Positions 53,525 to 64,000 of a DNA stretch of 64,000 bases are shown here, piece after piece. The first letter of the stretch is position 1; every line of letters begins with the position of its first letter. A model generated the notes under the pieces. It was not told the origin of the DNA, ran no database searches, and worked only from the letters and a program-made list of their open reading frames with translations. The stretch spans positions 167,885-231,884 of the forward strand of contig CAWDFP010000007.1 in the NCBI GenBank assembly GCA_963801605.1. Direction: 5' to 3'. A program made the position numbers and the translations under genes. This DNA is from an uncultured candidate division Zixibacteria bacterium (GTDB taxonomy: Bacteria > Zixibacteria > MSB-5A5 > UBA10806).

Positions 53525-53564
53525 TTGTCCTCCTGCTTGACCTTCCTTGAGAGGTCGGGATTGT

Positions 53565-54872
53565 TTATATCGGGAATCCCTTTGGCAAGGTCATCCGCGA
53601 AAATTGTTTAATCATCTTCTGCATCGACGCAAACTGCTTGAGCAGCATATTAATTTGCTGCACCGATGTCCCCGAGCCGGCGGCTATTCGCTTGCGACGG
53701 GAGCCATCTATTATTGACGGATTCATCCGCTCTTTCTTGGTCATGCTATTGATTATAGCTTCCACACGGACTAACCCGGACTCATCTACTGTAATACCCT
53801 TGAGTTGCTTTCCCATTCCCGGAATCATTTCCATAAGATTCTGCAACGGGCCCATCTTTTTGAGCTGTTTCAGCTGAGAAAGAAAATCCTCGAAAGTGAA
53901 GCTTTCTTTGCGAAGCTTCTTTTCGAGCTTTTCCGCCTCCTCCATGTCAATCGCATCCTGGGCCTTTTCAACTAACGATACAATATCGCCCATCCCAAGA
54001 ATACGTGAGGCAATGCGGCTGGGATGAAATTCCTCGAGGTCGGAGAGTTTTTCACCAACGCCGATAAATTTTATGGGGATACCCAAAGCAGCTCTAAGCG
54101 ACATCGCGGCGCCGCCCCTGGCATCACCATCCATCTTGGTTAAAACCGCCCCGGTTAAGCCCGCTCGCTTGTGAAATTCCGAAGCCACATTTAGAGCTTC
54201 CTGACCGGTCATGGCATCAGCCACAAACAGCGTCTCTTGAGCGCCGGAAACTTTCTTGACATCCGATAGCTCGGTCATAAGCTCATTGTCTATCTGCAAA
54301 CGACCGGCGGTATCTATTATGACGATGTCATACATCTTTTCCCTGGCGAAAGAGATCGCATCCTTAGCAATATCAGACGCGCTCTTTTCGACGGTAAAAA
54401 ACGGAATCTGAATTGATTCTGCCAATACCTCCAGTTGCTTCTTGGCTGCCGGACGATGAATATCTGCCGCCACAAGCAGGGGACGGTTTCCCTTTTTGCG
54501 AAGATAAAGCGCCAGTTTGCCTGCTAACGTTGTTTTGCCTGAGCCCTGCAAACCGGCCAATAAGATTATCGTGGGGGGTGTGGGTGATATCGCCAGTTCG
54601 GCACGATTTCCGCCCAGAAGTTCCACCATTTCATCATGAACTATCTTGATCAACTGCTGGCCAGGAGTTATTGATTTGGTTACTTCCTGCCCAATAGCTT
54701 TCTTTTCAATTTCAGAAACAAAATTCTTAACGGCCTTGTAATTAACGTCAGCTTCCAGAAGAGCCAACCGGATCTCTTTACCAGCATCCTGGATATTCTT
54801 CTCCGAAAGGTAGCCGCGTCCGGTTAGCTTCTTGAAAATGCCGTCGAGTTTATCAGTTATCTGTTCAAACAT
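53565..54872 (-). CDS. ffh: Signal recognition particle protein Ffh
   Basis: NG domain 'LAGLQGSGKTTLAGKLALYL', 'DTAGR', and a Met-rich M domain 'LMEMIPGMG'. Confidence 0.9.
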   Translation of the reverse strand: MFEQITDKLDGIFKKLTGRGYLSEKNIQDAGKEIRLALLEADVNYKAVKNFVSEIEKKAIGQEVTKSITPGQQLIKIVHDEMVELLGGNRAELAISPTPPTIILLAGLQGSGKTTLAGKLALYLRKKGNRPLLVAADIHRPAAKKQLEVLAESIQIPFFTVEKSASDIAKDAISFAREKMYDIVIIDTAGRLQIDNELMTELSDVKKVSGAQETLFVADAMTGQEALNVASEFHKRAGLTGAVLTKMDGDARGGAAMSLRAALGIPIKFIGVGEKLSDLEEFHPSRIASRILGMGDIVSLVEKAQDAIDMEEAEKLEKKLRKESFTFEDFLSQLKQLKKMGPLQNLMEMIPGMGKQLKGITVDESGLVRVEAIINSMTKKERMNPSIIDGSRRKRIAAGSGTSVQQINMLLKQFASMQKMIKQFSRMTLPKGFPI

Positions 54873-55154
54873 ACCTTACCATTGCCCTATTTTACGCCTT
54901 ACCTGGTTTGGAATAATGCAAAAAAACCATTTAAGGCCCAAGGGCTAAACGGTTAAAATACCAATTATTTTAAGTTTGGCAATAGTTAATTGCATTAATA
55001 CGATGATTTTAGCGATACTCCCGGGACCGGGATGCCAATCTCTTTTTGTCGAAAATTGAGGTAATTACGATGCTCGGCGGCAAATATTAACTGACATTCC
55101 GGAAGATTATTAGAATCTGTCAAAATCAAATGAGGGTTACGCCATAATCCTTCT

Positions 55155-55190
55155 TAATAAAAAACCGGGACCCCATTTTGAGATCCCGGT
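55155..55190 (-). terminator. Rho-independent terminator after the 1921-aa protease gene
   Basis: On the minus strand, ccgggatctcaaaatggggtcccgg followed by a T-run. Confidence 0.55.
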
Positions 55191-55217
55191 TACAAGAACT
55201 AATTGTTTATTACTTAA

Positions 55218-58200
55218 CTACTTATCAGAATGAGCCGGCCCGTTAGGATTGGGGTTAAGCAAGTTTGATGGCGGGCAATCGGCGCAAGGGACTGCTCCCG
55301 GACCACCTTTGAAATAGCTAACCATATAAGTAACATCCAGTCCGTTGAAACTGCATGAGCCGTTAACATCTCCTGCTACAAACCAGGTATGTCCGGTGGT
55401 GCACTCGCAGGTATAACCCGGGGCGGGGCCGCCTTTGAAATACCCCACGCTGTAGGTTACATCCAAACCGTTAAAGACACCGCTATTATTGGCATCGCCT
55501 ATAGCATAGTGGCAGTTTGGGCCGACCGATAGAACCGCTATCGATACTGGAATATTGCCCGATGGTGTATCAGGATCGTTTGATGCCAGGGTAATATGGC
55601 CTGTATAATTACCGGGGCCGACGACAGTAGCGTCCAATCTCACGTTGGCAATGAGGCTATCCCCCGGAACGAGCGTATCTGCCGGCGGAGTGACGAAAAG
55701 CCAGTTATTGAGAAGATGAGGAAGATCGGTATTATTACCATTGCCTCCGCCGTTGCTTGTTATTATCGGCATATCGTTATCGTTATTGCCATCAGGAGCA
55801 ATCAGGCTGCCCTCGATTCCGGTCAAAGTCAGAATTAAATTTGAGCCGCCTGTATTTTTAATTATCAGACTCCTGTCGATAATGGCTCCTTGATTGATAT
55901 TCTCGGTAAACGACGCTGGACGCCAGGTAATATTCGGTGGAGGCGGCGCCGTAACCCGAAGCTGTATCGGCATCGTAACCTGCGAATGGGTCGGATCGTT
56001 CGTAGTCGTAATCAGCGAGCTATTATACAACGCAGGAGTCAAGCCAATCGCGCTGAGAGTGACTGCATGCAGGATACTATCACCAGGTGCAATATTGTAG
56101 GGGCCGGGCGCTGTCGTGATCCAGGCGGCTGACGGTGAGAAGGCGACCGTAAGGGTAGCAGATCCTATATTTTTCACTTTAACATCAAACGGGGCCGTCA
56201 AGCCAGCCTGTAGCGTATCGGTGAAACTTGCAGGGGTTTGCTGAATTTGAGGAGTACCCGCGCTGCCGACAGTAAAGCTGACGGGGATATCGATCGAACT
56301 TTCATCAGGATCGTTGGAATCAAGATCGAAATGACCGGTGTAAGTTCCTGGAAATAAACCTGTGGCATCAAAAGATACCGCCGCCGATGTATCATTGCCG
56401 ACGGTAAGATATCCACTGTGAATAGTGGAATTTAGCCAATTCGCAGGCATATAGAAAGCGATTCCCAGATTGCTATGCAAATAATCAGCATTGTAAACCA
56501 CCTGCAGGCCGTCCGTTCCCGATGAATTTTCTATTCCTATAGTGCAGGAATTAAGTCCCCTGGTACCACCATCTACGGTGCCATATTCCAAACGAACTCT
56601 TCCAGACGGAAAGAGAATGGCCTCAAAATTCAACTCTCCACCGCCTGAAAAGAATTCAATATTTGTGAAGCTCACGATAAAACGGTTGTTTGACGCATCA
56701 TAATAATACATCACCGAACCATGCCGTTGAGGACTTAGATCATCCCAAAGCATAGCTATAAAATCGTTCGGTGCATTAGAGCTGGGGATAAGCGTATTTG
56801 AATACGATGCAGTTCCCGCCCCGAACGTCAGGATACCGTTTGAGTTTACATAGATTGAGTTGTAGGTGTTTCCATAGAATGGGAAATCTATTCCCATATT
56901 AAATGGTCCCATTGATTGGTCGTCCTCAGTAAAAGTAACGGGAGTACCAACGCTGCCGATATCAACCCATTCATACGCCGGGGCTCCAGGATTATCTGAA
57001 TCTACCCACAGGTTTCCGAAGACATCCGGGCCACCGTGATTCAGAATAACAGGCGGATAAAGCGGTTCCCTTTCACTTCCGGCCTTTGCTCCAGCCACGT
57101 CCATATAACCGATCGGTTTCGTTACTGATTGAATTATTGGATTGGAGCCGCTGTTATTGTCTAGGATTCTACCGTAATCTGTATATTCGTTTAAAGTAAA
57201 CGAAAGAAGCCCGCCGCTGACATTTGAGATAGTTAGGGTATCGTAAATTATCTGACCAACGTCGGCTGACTTAATGAATGACGTAGGATCGTACGAAATA
57301 TCAGGAGGAACTTGCATCCCAACCGCCGTAGTAACCTTGATCGCCCGACCCGCCTGAAGAACCGCGGCCCCAGGATTGTAAAGATTATCATAAGTATACT
57401 GAAGACCGTCGCTATTTGTCAGATTCTGAATTCCCACGGTGCTGAAAAGCCCGGGAGCTTCGCCATAATCCCAACCATCATAATCGTCATTGACTACAGT
57501 TTGGTATTGGAATACCAATTCGCAATCGCCGGTCGGAGTAGGATAATACGTATTATCGTAAATTATCAGTTCGAAAGTCTCGCTCGAGCCTGAGCGCGGG
57601 TGTGTGCATCCCTTCCACTCAATTATAAGCCGGTGATTGGCCGAGTCATAGTAGCGGAAGACGCCGTTTGGAGCAGTATATTCCAGGTCATCCCAGAATG
57701 GCGCAATGATTCCATCCGGAGCGCTTGGTTCCGGAATTTGACCGTTATCGAATGCGCTCCAATGATGGCCCTGCATATCGTATCTGGTGGTATCGAAAGC
57801 AATGAATCCATTGATCGATACCAGCGCATAATTAAAGGCATGGCCATAGTATTGCAAATTAAAAGGCAAAGAAATGACTTCCGCATCATCGTCCGTACCG
57901 AATGGAAAAGTGATTCGAGTCCCGATTGTGGAAATCTCCTGCCAGTCGTAAATAGGGCATGCCAAATAAGCGCCGTCGGTGTTATCATATAGATAGTAAC
58001 CGTAAGAATCGGGGCCAACGGGATCAAATGTATTGACATTCCCTACTACCAATGAGAATGGCCTGGTCGTGACAGAGCCGTTGCTTGATGTCAGCTCAAG
58101 ATTAAAGCTGATATTGCGTCCGTTATAGGTGCCCGCTCTGGCTTGAATGCTGAACGGCGATGAGCTATTGGAGCCAGTTGCTCCGATGCCAATATTGCCG

Positions 58201-60821
58201 AAACTGGCAGTGCCATTTACGATGGCGATACTGGTATCGACTGTAGTTAAAATCCCGCTAATAGATGTTCCTGCCAGGCCGCCAAGATTTTGAAGGCTAA
58301 CCACTAATTGCGAAGTTTCCCCGGGATCAAGTCTATTATTGGAATTGCCCGGGTAAGTCAATCCTGTTTCCCGAAACATCATATTACTTACATCCACCGG
58401 TACGGCGGCCGTCCAGTTTCCTTGATCGGATGTGATATTTAATTGAAGAACATAACGTTCTCCATGTGAAATATCAGGAGTTAAAAGAGCCGCAAATTTG
58501 TTCGACGTAGCTGTGGCACCCGGATCTATTGAGCCATATGATTGGGTGGGAACGCTGATAAAAATATCCGGGCTTGGGCTTGTCAGGGTTGCTGAGACAT
58601 TAGTGGCAGTTGTGGCATTCCCAAAGTTACGCAGAGTAACATCGAGTTCAATAGTTTCCGATGGATTAGCATTACCATCGGAATTGCCCTGCGAATTTCC
58701 CGAATTATCATCGTCTAATGCAATTGCATTGACGTTAACAGCCACCGGCGAAGCTTGAACTAAAGTTGAGCCAAGATGAGGAATATAATTAACGTCTGTG
58801 ACTGTCACAAACATTGTATCAGCGACCGTGGTTGCGAAATTGAGCGTTATATCGCCGTTAGCATCGGTTCTACCGCCGACAAAAACTTCCTCGGTGGTTC
58901 TTCCCTTTACCAAATTGACATAAGCTCCTTTCAACGGGGTCCCGCCTGTGCCCGTTACGTGAACGGTTATTATGCTTGAGCCCACCGGCAATGTAGATGG
59001 GTAGGTAACCGTCATTGTTTTGGGAGTAGTCGTCCTTATATCAAATTCCGGTTCCCCCAAAGTATTGAATGTATGGCAATATCTCTCAACCCAGGATCCG
59101 GGGCCATTGGCCCTTGGAAAGGTATTATAAAGCTCCATCTTGCCGGCAAAGGCCGCGGTTGCGAAATTATGAATATCCTGTTCGAAAATAGACCAGATAT
59201 AGCCAAACATGAGTGGATTATTGTATTTGGAGTGAGTGCCTGACTCTACTGCGCCATAAAACCCCGGACCGCCCTTCAGTTCGCTTGGCGAGGCTCCGGC
59301 CTGAATCCAGACTTCTCCAAAGCATGCCCCGGATCCACCATAGGCGCCCGTGCCGCATGTAAGAGACGCCAATACCCCGATTTTATTATTGTTAGCCACT
59401 GAGGCAAAATCGGAAGTTAAGTAAACCGGCAATCCAAATCCAGATGGAGACCCCCATCCTCGATAATTTACCAGCGATACGCCGCTGTTAAGGGAGGCGG
59501 TAATCTGGCCAGGGCCGGGGTCACCTCCGGGCTGCCAGCCGAAAGATGTATCAACCCTTGTAAATCCGTGACGCATCATTTGCTCTCGCGCCCAAAGGAC
59601 ATTGAGTCTCGGGCTTAGAGTCGGAGCCCCTCCGGAATTATAATTTCCGGCGGTACAGAGACCTCTTGTCCAATAGGCGGGATCACCCACGTAGGGAGAT
59701 TTATCATATATGATACTTTTATAAATGGTATTTCTTACAGTAATGTTATCGTTGGCCATTGACATTCTGGTCACCATGACATCCGAAAAATAATCGGAAC
59801 CATCTACACATGAATAATGGTGATCGGACGTATATCCTCCGAAACCATAATCGACGATACCTTCGTTGGTATCGCCTATCAGGCAAACAAATTCTGGAGG
59901 AATGGCCCAGGTATTGTATGCATTCTGAATATAATTGAAAACCGCAGCATTGGAGCCGCCGCCTCCGCCGGGAATATCAGTCGATCGGGTTACTATTACG
60001 TTATACCCCTTACGATGCTTCCAATTGGCGAGAAGCTGAATAAGTGAATCTGGGAAAGCATTCGGCGTAATGATAAGATAACCGCCTCTGACTGGTTCAT
60101 AGGACGCCAGCATTTCATCGGCGTTGGGTGCAATTGAACGATAGAGTTCCAGGTATGACTCGGAAATATGATTGTCACGCCTGATTTTGATATTACGGTT
60201 ATCCGTTCCCTCATACACCAGGCGGTAATCGACGCTGGTATAAACTTTAAGCTGTCTGGTAACGGGGTTATATTGAATCGGATTTGCCTCGGCCTGGACC
60301 ATTCTCAAATCGCGGCAAATCACCGGCTCGCCAACCTGCACCAGTTCCGACGGATAAAATTCGTTTCTCTGATAAAATCCATTATCCCTGGTGAAGGGAA
60401 TCGCGTCTTGTGACTCACCTTCAATTGGCGATGGCTGCGTAGGATATACGTCGACATTATCAATGATCTGATAGGATGATGATACTATTTCAACTCTGAT
60501 CCCCGCTTGATCCGGAATGGCGACAAACTGAGCAATTACGGGTAGATCGGGAAGGCCGTCCTCGCCGGTTTGCCCGTATTTTTCCGGATTATCGGTAATC
60601 GGTGAAATCTCCTGATAGGATGTAGTCCCCACAGTTTTTTCCGAAAGATCCACGCCTGCCAGGCGAATCGAAAAGCCCGTTTGAGTAGTTGTTGAAAGCG
60701 CTTTTTGAATGGGAAGCTGTCCCATGTTGGCCTGGTCCAGAACAACCCTTCGATTTGCCTCGGCTCCCATGACCAGCGCCGGCAGTAAAAGCATCATCAA
60801 CATCCGTGTAACAACACGCAT
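55218..60821 (-). CDS. Giant secreted gingipain-like (peptidase C25 family) protein with Ig-like repeats and a C-terminal type-I dockerin module
   Basis: GGAGG SD before the ATG at 60821, then signal peptide 'MRVVTRMLMMLLLPALVMG'. C25 core 'YLIITPNAFPDSLIQLLANWKHRKGYNVIV'. C-terminus 'GDANNSGVFNGLDVTYSVGYFKGG...GDVNGSCSFNGLDVTYMVSYFKGG', two dockerin Ca-binding repeats. Confidence 0.7.
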   Translation of the reverse strand: MRVVTRMLMMLLLPALVMGAEANRRVVLDQANMGQLPIQKALSTTTQTGFSIRLAGVDLSEKTVGTTSYQEISPITDNPEKYGQTGEDGLPDLPVIAQFVAIPDQAGIRVEIVSSSYQIIDNVDVYPTQPSPIEGESQDAIPFTRDNGFYQRNEFYPSELVQVGEPVICRDLRMVQAEANPIQYNPVTRQLKVYTSVDYRLVYEGTDNRNIKIRRDNHISESYLELYRSIAPNADEMLASYEPVRGGYLIITPNAFPDSLIQLLANWKHRKGYNVIVTRSTDIPGGGGGSNAAVFNYIQNAYNTWAIPPEFVCLIGDTNEGIVDYGFGGYTSDHHYSCVDGSDYFSDVMVTRMSMANDNITVRNTIYKSIIYDKSPYVGDPAYWTRGLCTAGNYNSGGAPTLSPRLNVLWAREQMMRHGFTRVDTSFGWQPGGDPGPGQITASLNSGVSLVNYRGWGSPSGFGLPVYLTSDFASVANNNKIGVLASLTCGTGAYGGSGACFGEVWIQAGASPSELKGGPGFYGAVESGTHSKYNNPLMFGYIWSIFEQDIHNFATAAFAGKMELYNTFPRANGPGSWVERYCHTFNTLGEPEFDIRTTTPKTMTVTYPSTLPVGSSIITVHVTGTGGTPLKGAYVNLVKGRTTEEVFVGGRTDANGDITLNFATTVADTMFVTVTDVNYIPHLGSTLVQASPVAVNVNAIALDDDNSGNSQGNSDGNANPSETIELDVTLRNFGNATTATNVSATLTSPSPDIFISVPTQSYGSIDPGATATSNKFAALLTPDISHGERYVLQLNITSDQGNWTAAVPVDVSNMMFRETGLTYPGNSNNRLDPGETSQLVVSLQNLGGLAGTSISGILTTVDTSIAIVNGTASFGNIGIGATGSNSSSPFSIQARAGTYNGRNISFNLELTSSNGSVTTRPFSLVVGNVNTFDPVGPDSYGYYLYDNTDGAYLACPIYDWQEISTIGTRITFPFGTDDDAEVISLPFNLQYYGHAFNYALVSINGFIAFDTTRYDMQGHHWSAFDNGQIPEPSAPDGIIAPFWDDLEYTAPNGVFRYYDSANHRLIIEWKGCTHPRSGSSETFELIIYDNTYYPTPTGDCELVFQYQTVVNDDYDGWDYGEAPGLFSTVGIQNLTNSDGLQYTYDNLYNPGAAVLQAGRAIKVTTAVGMQVPPDISYDPTSFIKSADVGQIIYDTLTISNVSGGLLSFTLNEYTDYGRILDNNSGSNPIIQSVTKPIGYMDVAGAKAGSEREPLYPPVILNHGGPDVFGNLWVDSDNPGAPAYEWVDIGSVGTPVTFTEDDQSMGPFNMGIDFPFYGNTYNSIYVNSNGILTFGAGTASYSNTLIPSSNAPNDFIAMLWDDLSPQRHGSVMYYYDASNNRFIVSFTNIEFFSGGGELNFEAILFPSGRVRLEYGTVDGGTRGLNSCTIGIENSSGTDGLQVVYNADYLHSNLGIAFYMPANWLNSTIHSGYLTVGNDTSAAVSFDATGLFPGTYTGHFDLDSNDPDESSIDIPVSFTVGSAGTPQIQQTPASFTDTLQAGLTAPFDVKVKNIGSATLTVAFSPSAAWITTAPGPYNIAPGDSILHAVTLSAIGLTPALYNSSLITTTNDPTHSQVTMPIQLRVTAPPPPNITWRPASFTENINQGAIIDRSLIIKNTGGSNLILTLTGIEGSLIAPDGNNDNDMPIITSNGGGNGNNTDLPHLLNNWLFVTPPADTLVPGDSLIANVRLDATVVGPGNYTGHITLASNDPDTPSGNIPVSIAVLSVGPNCHYAIGDANNSGVFNGLDVTYSVGYFKGGPAPGYTCECTTGHTWFVAGDVNGSCSFNGLDVTYMVSYFKGGPGAVPCADCPPSNLLNPNPNGPAHSDK

Positions 60822-61230
60822 CTTGCCTCCTTCACGATTTTGATTCAGTTCCAATGGGATTTTATTAATTGCATATGAATAACCTGCGTCAATTGCCGCC
60901 TCAAATAATTTATATAATTTTGGGAAAATACTTCTCTCAAAGAAGCATCTACATATATGATCTAAAACCCGCCCAACACGCATCGCCTACTACTTTGAAT
61001 TTTGATCCGCCAACTGGAAACAATTGATTTATGAATAGGAATAAAACCGATAAGCAGGTAATTTCGCTTATTGCACTATTGTGCAAAGGCAGGCAAATTA
61101 TCGAGGATTTTAATTTATCAGGCTGCGCGTCCAATGATGTCAAGCCATGCTCCGAAAAGTAACCCGAAGACCCAACCAGAAGAATATTTCAACTTAGTAT
61201 ATTACAAATATCATCAAATACAAACGCCTT

Positions 61231-63945
61231 TTACTGTTCCCCAATCACTTTTTCGTCACTCAATGGATGTAGCAAGAGATCTCCCCCGGGAGGACAATCC
61301 GGACAAAAGCGCAGCGGCTCTCCCCCCTTGAAATAGCTTACCAGAAAAGTAACATCGAGACCGTTCACACTGCAGCTTCCATTGACATCACAAGCTGGCG
61401 ATATCGCCCCGTTGGGAGGACAATCCATGGTAAAAGGAGGCGGATCGCCTCCCTTGAAATAATTAACCAAAAATACCACATCCAAGCCGTTAGCCTGGCC
61501 GCTGTTATTGACATCTCCCGAAACATAGGATGTGCCGCGGGAAATATTGAAACTAAAATCTTGCGAACTGCTATCAGCGATAATATCTGTAACCAATACG
61601 GTGAAATTTATTACACCTGAGTCGCCCGGAATACCCTCAAGTAACCCATCACCGGAGAGCGCTAACCCGCTGCCTGCCAGATCGTTATCCCTATCGATCC
61701 AGTGCCTGACCCCGGTTCCTCCCAAGGCCTGAAGTTGAATTGAATAAGGCCGACCTGCGAATCCGTTGGGAAGCGTCAGCGTCGTTATCGCCAGTATCGG
61801 ATTGACGGTGAATACGAAGGGACGCTCATCAGAACCGCCTATTTGATCTTCAACTCGCGCCGTAAATGATATCTGGTTCGCGGCAATTGGAACACCCGAA
61901 ACAAGCCCGGCGGTGGAAAGTGTCAGCCCGGTGCCATTAAGACCATCCAGGGGATCGTACCAGATTAGCATACCGCTTCCGCCAATAGCCTCAAGTTGCT
62001 GGGAGTAAATATGCCCAACTGTCCAATCGGGCAGTAAATCGGTCGTAATTTCCAATGACGGCGACGCTGTTGGCGGGAAAACGATATAATCGATCCAGCC
62101 GCAATCGCTGCCGCTGGAGACGCCGCGGTCTTTATAATATCCCCATTTGAAAGTGTGCAGACCGGCGCTGACGCCAAAACTTGCCTGGGTCCAGCCAACC
62201 TCACCGGACCACTGGTTTTGAAGATTATCGTCAATATAAAATTTGAGATAATCGTAATTAAGTTCGGAGGAGACTTTGTAATAAAAAGTGATCGTCCCCG
62301 GCGCCGCCACGTTCATGGAAATGGAAAGCTCGGATGATTGGTAGTGGGTTATCACTCCCGATCTGGCGCTGTATATCCCCTCATAAGGCAGGCTGGTAGT
62401 GGTAATCCAACCGGCATTACCGCCCATCTGCCAGGGGAAACTTGTAAAGCCGCCTGACTCAAAATCTTCTACCTGCCGTCCAACTATTACGCTGAAAAAG
62501 GCGCTGTCGATATATCCGCCATTGGCCGTTAGCCCCAAACGGAAATTAATCTGATGATAGGCCGGACAGGAATCGGATATAATAAAATTATATGCCGCCA
62601 GCGAAATACCGGCGCCGGCAGGGGTGATATTCGGATAGCCGGAACTGTCTTGCGCGATAGTAATATAGGAATCTGAACTCGATAAAATCCCGATCGTATT
62701 CTGAGCGACGCCTCCGCCATCATTTCTCAAAGTGATATGCATCGAAACAGTATCACCGGGATCAGGCTCACCGGCGTTATTGGATAAATAGGCTAAATCG
62801 GGTGTGGTCGGAATAGCTTGTAGTTGGACATTCACGTAAGTGGCATGGCGGCTGGTAACGCCGATGCCGCTCACCGTTTGAGTAATATATCCGGGACTGG
62901 CAAAGCTGAGATTATAAGTGCCGTTGGCCAGCATACGATGATAATCGCCAACGTTGGGATCTGTAAATACCCGAGCGCTATCGATATCATGGCCAATAAC
63001 TGTCACAACTGCCGCTAATGGATCGCCTGTTGAGGAATCGGTGACAACCCCGCGGATGCCGTAAAGGCTGTTTTCAAGATAATTCAAAAATGATATGCGA
63101 TTATAATCCCAATGCGCCGGAAGCTGATTGGCTGGAAGAAGTTTGGTGGCCGATATTTCTATCGTTTCCTCGCGATCTCCCTTGAAGTAGGTCATGTAAT
63201 CTTGCCGTCCGCCGGTAACGCGATACCAGGCATATCCATTGGTGATGCCATTATTGAGATCGTCCATATAACCCGATGGGCTATGGGCATGGACGGAATC
63301 GGCATAGGCGCGGGATACGTTGATAAACCAGGTATTGTCGGCATGAAGCCTGGACCAGGTATCCCAGGGATAATTGACTACCTCGGCCCCACCGTGAAAA
63401 TTGGCGGAGATGACGAAACTATGCGCCGCGGCAAAATTCATCATGGCTATCGTTTCGGGCTGCCAGGCGTTGCCATCGGGATGAGCGCCGGCGGCGGGAT
63501 CGGGGAAATTACGGTTGAGATCGACACTGTTGGCGTTATATCTCCAGGCGCCGCTGACAGAGTTATTTCCACCATGATAGGTGCCATCGGGATTAGCCAG
63601 AGGATTGATCCAAACCTCGGTGCTGTCCAGAAGCCGGGTAATCTGCGGATCGGTTCCATAGTTGGTAAGCAGGTAATCGATCAAATGCAGCATTAGAATA
63701 TAGCCGGTGGTCTCGTCGCCATGCATGGAGCTGGAATACATCACCTCAGGTTCATTTTCCTGAACGCCGATATTTGTCGATAACTTGGCAAAAAGAAGCT
63801 GTCTTCCCTGCACGGTTGTCCCGATATTTACGATTTGACAGAGATTCGGATAGGTGGTGGCAAATAAATTCATCATATCGAGATAGGCTTGATAGGTTGG
63901 ATAGGTATCCCAATCGGTGATGACCCCCTCGACTGTATTTGACAT
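61231..63945 (-). CDS. M14 zinc carboxypeptidase with a C-terminal type-I dockerin module (N-terminus/signal not resolved; possibly continues past the window or is frameshifted)
   Basis: M14 motifs 'SSMHGDETTG' (HxxE) and 'NFHGGAEVVNYPWD'; C-terminus 'GDVNNSGQANGLDVVFLVNYFKGG...CDVNGSCSVNGLDVTFLVSYFKGG'. Confidence 0.7.
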   Translation of the reverse strand: MSNTVEGVITDWDTYPTYQAYLDMMNLFATTYPNLCQIVNIGTTVQGRQLLFAKLSTNIGVQENEPEVMYSSSMHGDETTGYILMLHLIDYLLTNYGTDPQITRLLDSTEVWINPLANPDGTYHGGNNSVSGAWRYNANSVDLNRNFPDPAAGAHPDGNAWQPETIAMMNFAAAHSFVISANFHGGAEVVNYPWDTWSRLHADNTWFINVSRAYADSVHAHSPSGYMDDLNNGITNGYAWYRVTGGRQDYMTYFKGDREETIEISATKLLPANQLPAHWDYNRISFLNYLENSLYGIRGVVTDSSTGDPLAAVVTVIGHDIDSARVFTDPNVGDYHRMLANGTYNLSFASPGYITQTVSGIGVTSRHATYVNVQLQAIPTTPDLAYLSNNAGEPDPGDTVSMHITLRNDGGGVAQNTIGILSSSDSYITIAQDSSGYPNITPAGAGISLAAYNFIISDSCPAYHQINFRLGLTANGGYIDSAFFSVIVGRQVEDFESGGFTSFPWQMGGNAGWITTTSLPYEGIYSARSGVITHYQSSELSISMNVAAPGTITFYYKVSSELNYDYLKFYIDDNLQNQWSGEVGWTQASFGVSAGLHTFKWGYYKDRGVSSGSDCGWIDYIVFPPTASPSLEITTDLLPDWTVGHIYSQQLEAIGGSGMLIWYDPLDGLNGTGLTLSTAGLVSGVPIAANQISFTARVEDQIGGSDERPFVFTVNPILAITTLTLPNGFAGRPYSIQLQALGGTGVRHWIDRDNDLAGSGLALSGDGLLEGIPGDSGVINFTVLVTDIIADSSSQDFSFNISRGTSYVSGDVNNSGQANGLDVVFLVNYFKGGDPPPFTMDCPPNGAISPACDVNGSCSVNGLDVTFLVSYFKGGEPLRFCPDCPPGGDLLLHPLSDEKVIGEQ

Positions 63946-64000
63946 GGGAGGATTAATCAGGCTGCCGGGTGACGGTAGAACCTCATAGCGATATCCTAAA

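Overview
The window is 64 kb of bacterial chromosome, densely coding and mostly on the minus strand. Several secreted proteins carry type-IX-secretion C-terminal sorting domains (NYPNPFN... beta-sandwich), which points to an uncultivated FCB-group / Bacteroidota-like organism. That lineage guess cannot be verified here.

Housekeeping content: three tRNAs (Arg-CCG, Pro-CGG, Arg-CCT); lepB; apt; HU; sppA; an MltD-like LysM transglycosylase; miaA; mutL; nadA; a sigma-54 response regulator; and the classic ffh-rpsP-KH-rimM-trmD-rplS-rnhB operon.

Metabolic block, ~20.7–28.3 kb: meaB, a split methylmalonyl-CoA mutase (large catalytic subunit plus a separate B12-binding subunit), an acyl-CoA dehydrogenase, an MBL hydrolase and a carboxyltransferase (PccB/MmdA-like). 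lipA, trxB and cobO follow at 28.3–30.7 kb.

Oxidative-stress cluster, 17.7–19.7 kb: rubrerythrin-like ferritin domains, a rubredoxin and an FNR/TrxR-like flavoprotein.

Secretome island, 30.9–42.7 kb: four tandem T9SS-sorted hydrolases (an M36/M4-like Zn protease and two paralogous C69-like Ntn hydrolases among them), a beta-helix lipoprotein and a DUF5916/CBM9-like protein.

Other notable genes: a 1397-aa BadF/BcrA-type activase fused to an HgdB-like dehydratase, and two very large proteases (a 1921-aa C25 gingipain-like and a >900-aa M14 carboxypeptidase) that both end in type-I dockerin modules.

Sequence quality: at least 14 conserved genes are interrupted by single-base frameshifts, often in G/C homopolymers, plus one in-frame TAG. 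I read these as sequencing or assembly indels rather than biology.

No CRISPR array, transposase, integrase or obvious defence system is visible. A GC-rich, hairpin-dense 170-nt intergenic element at 50.34–50.51 kb is a candidate structured RNA.
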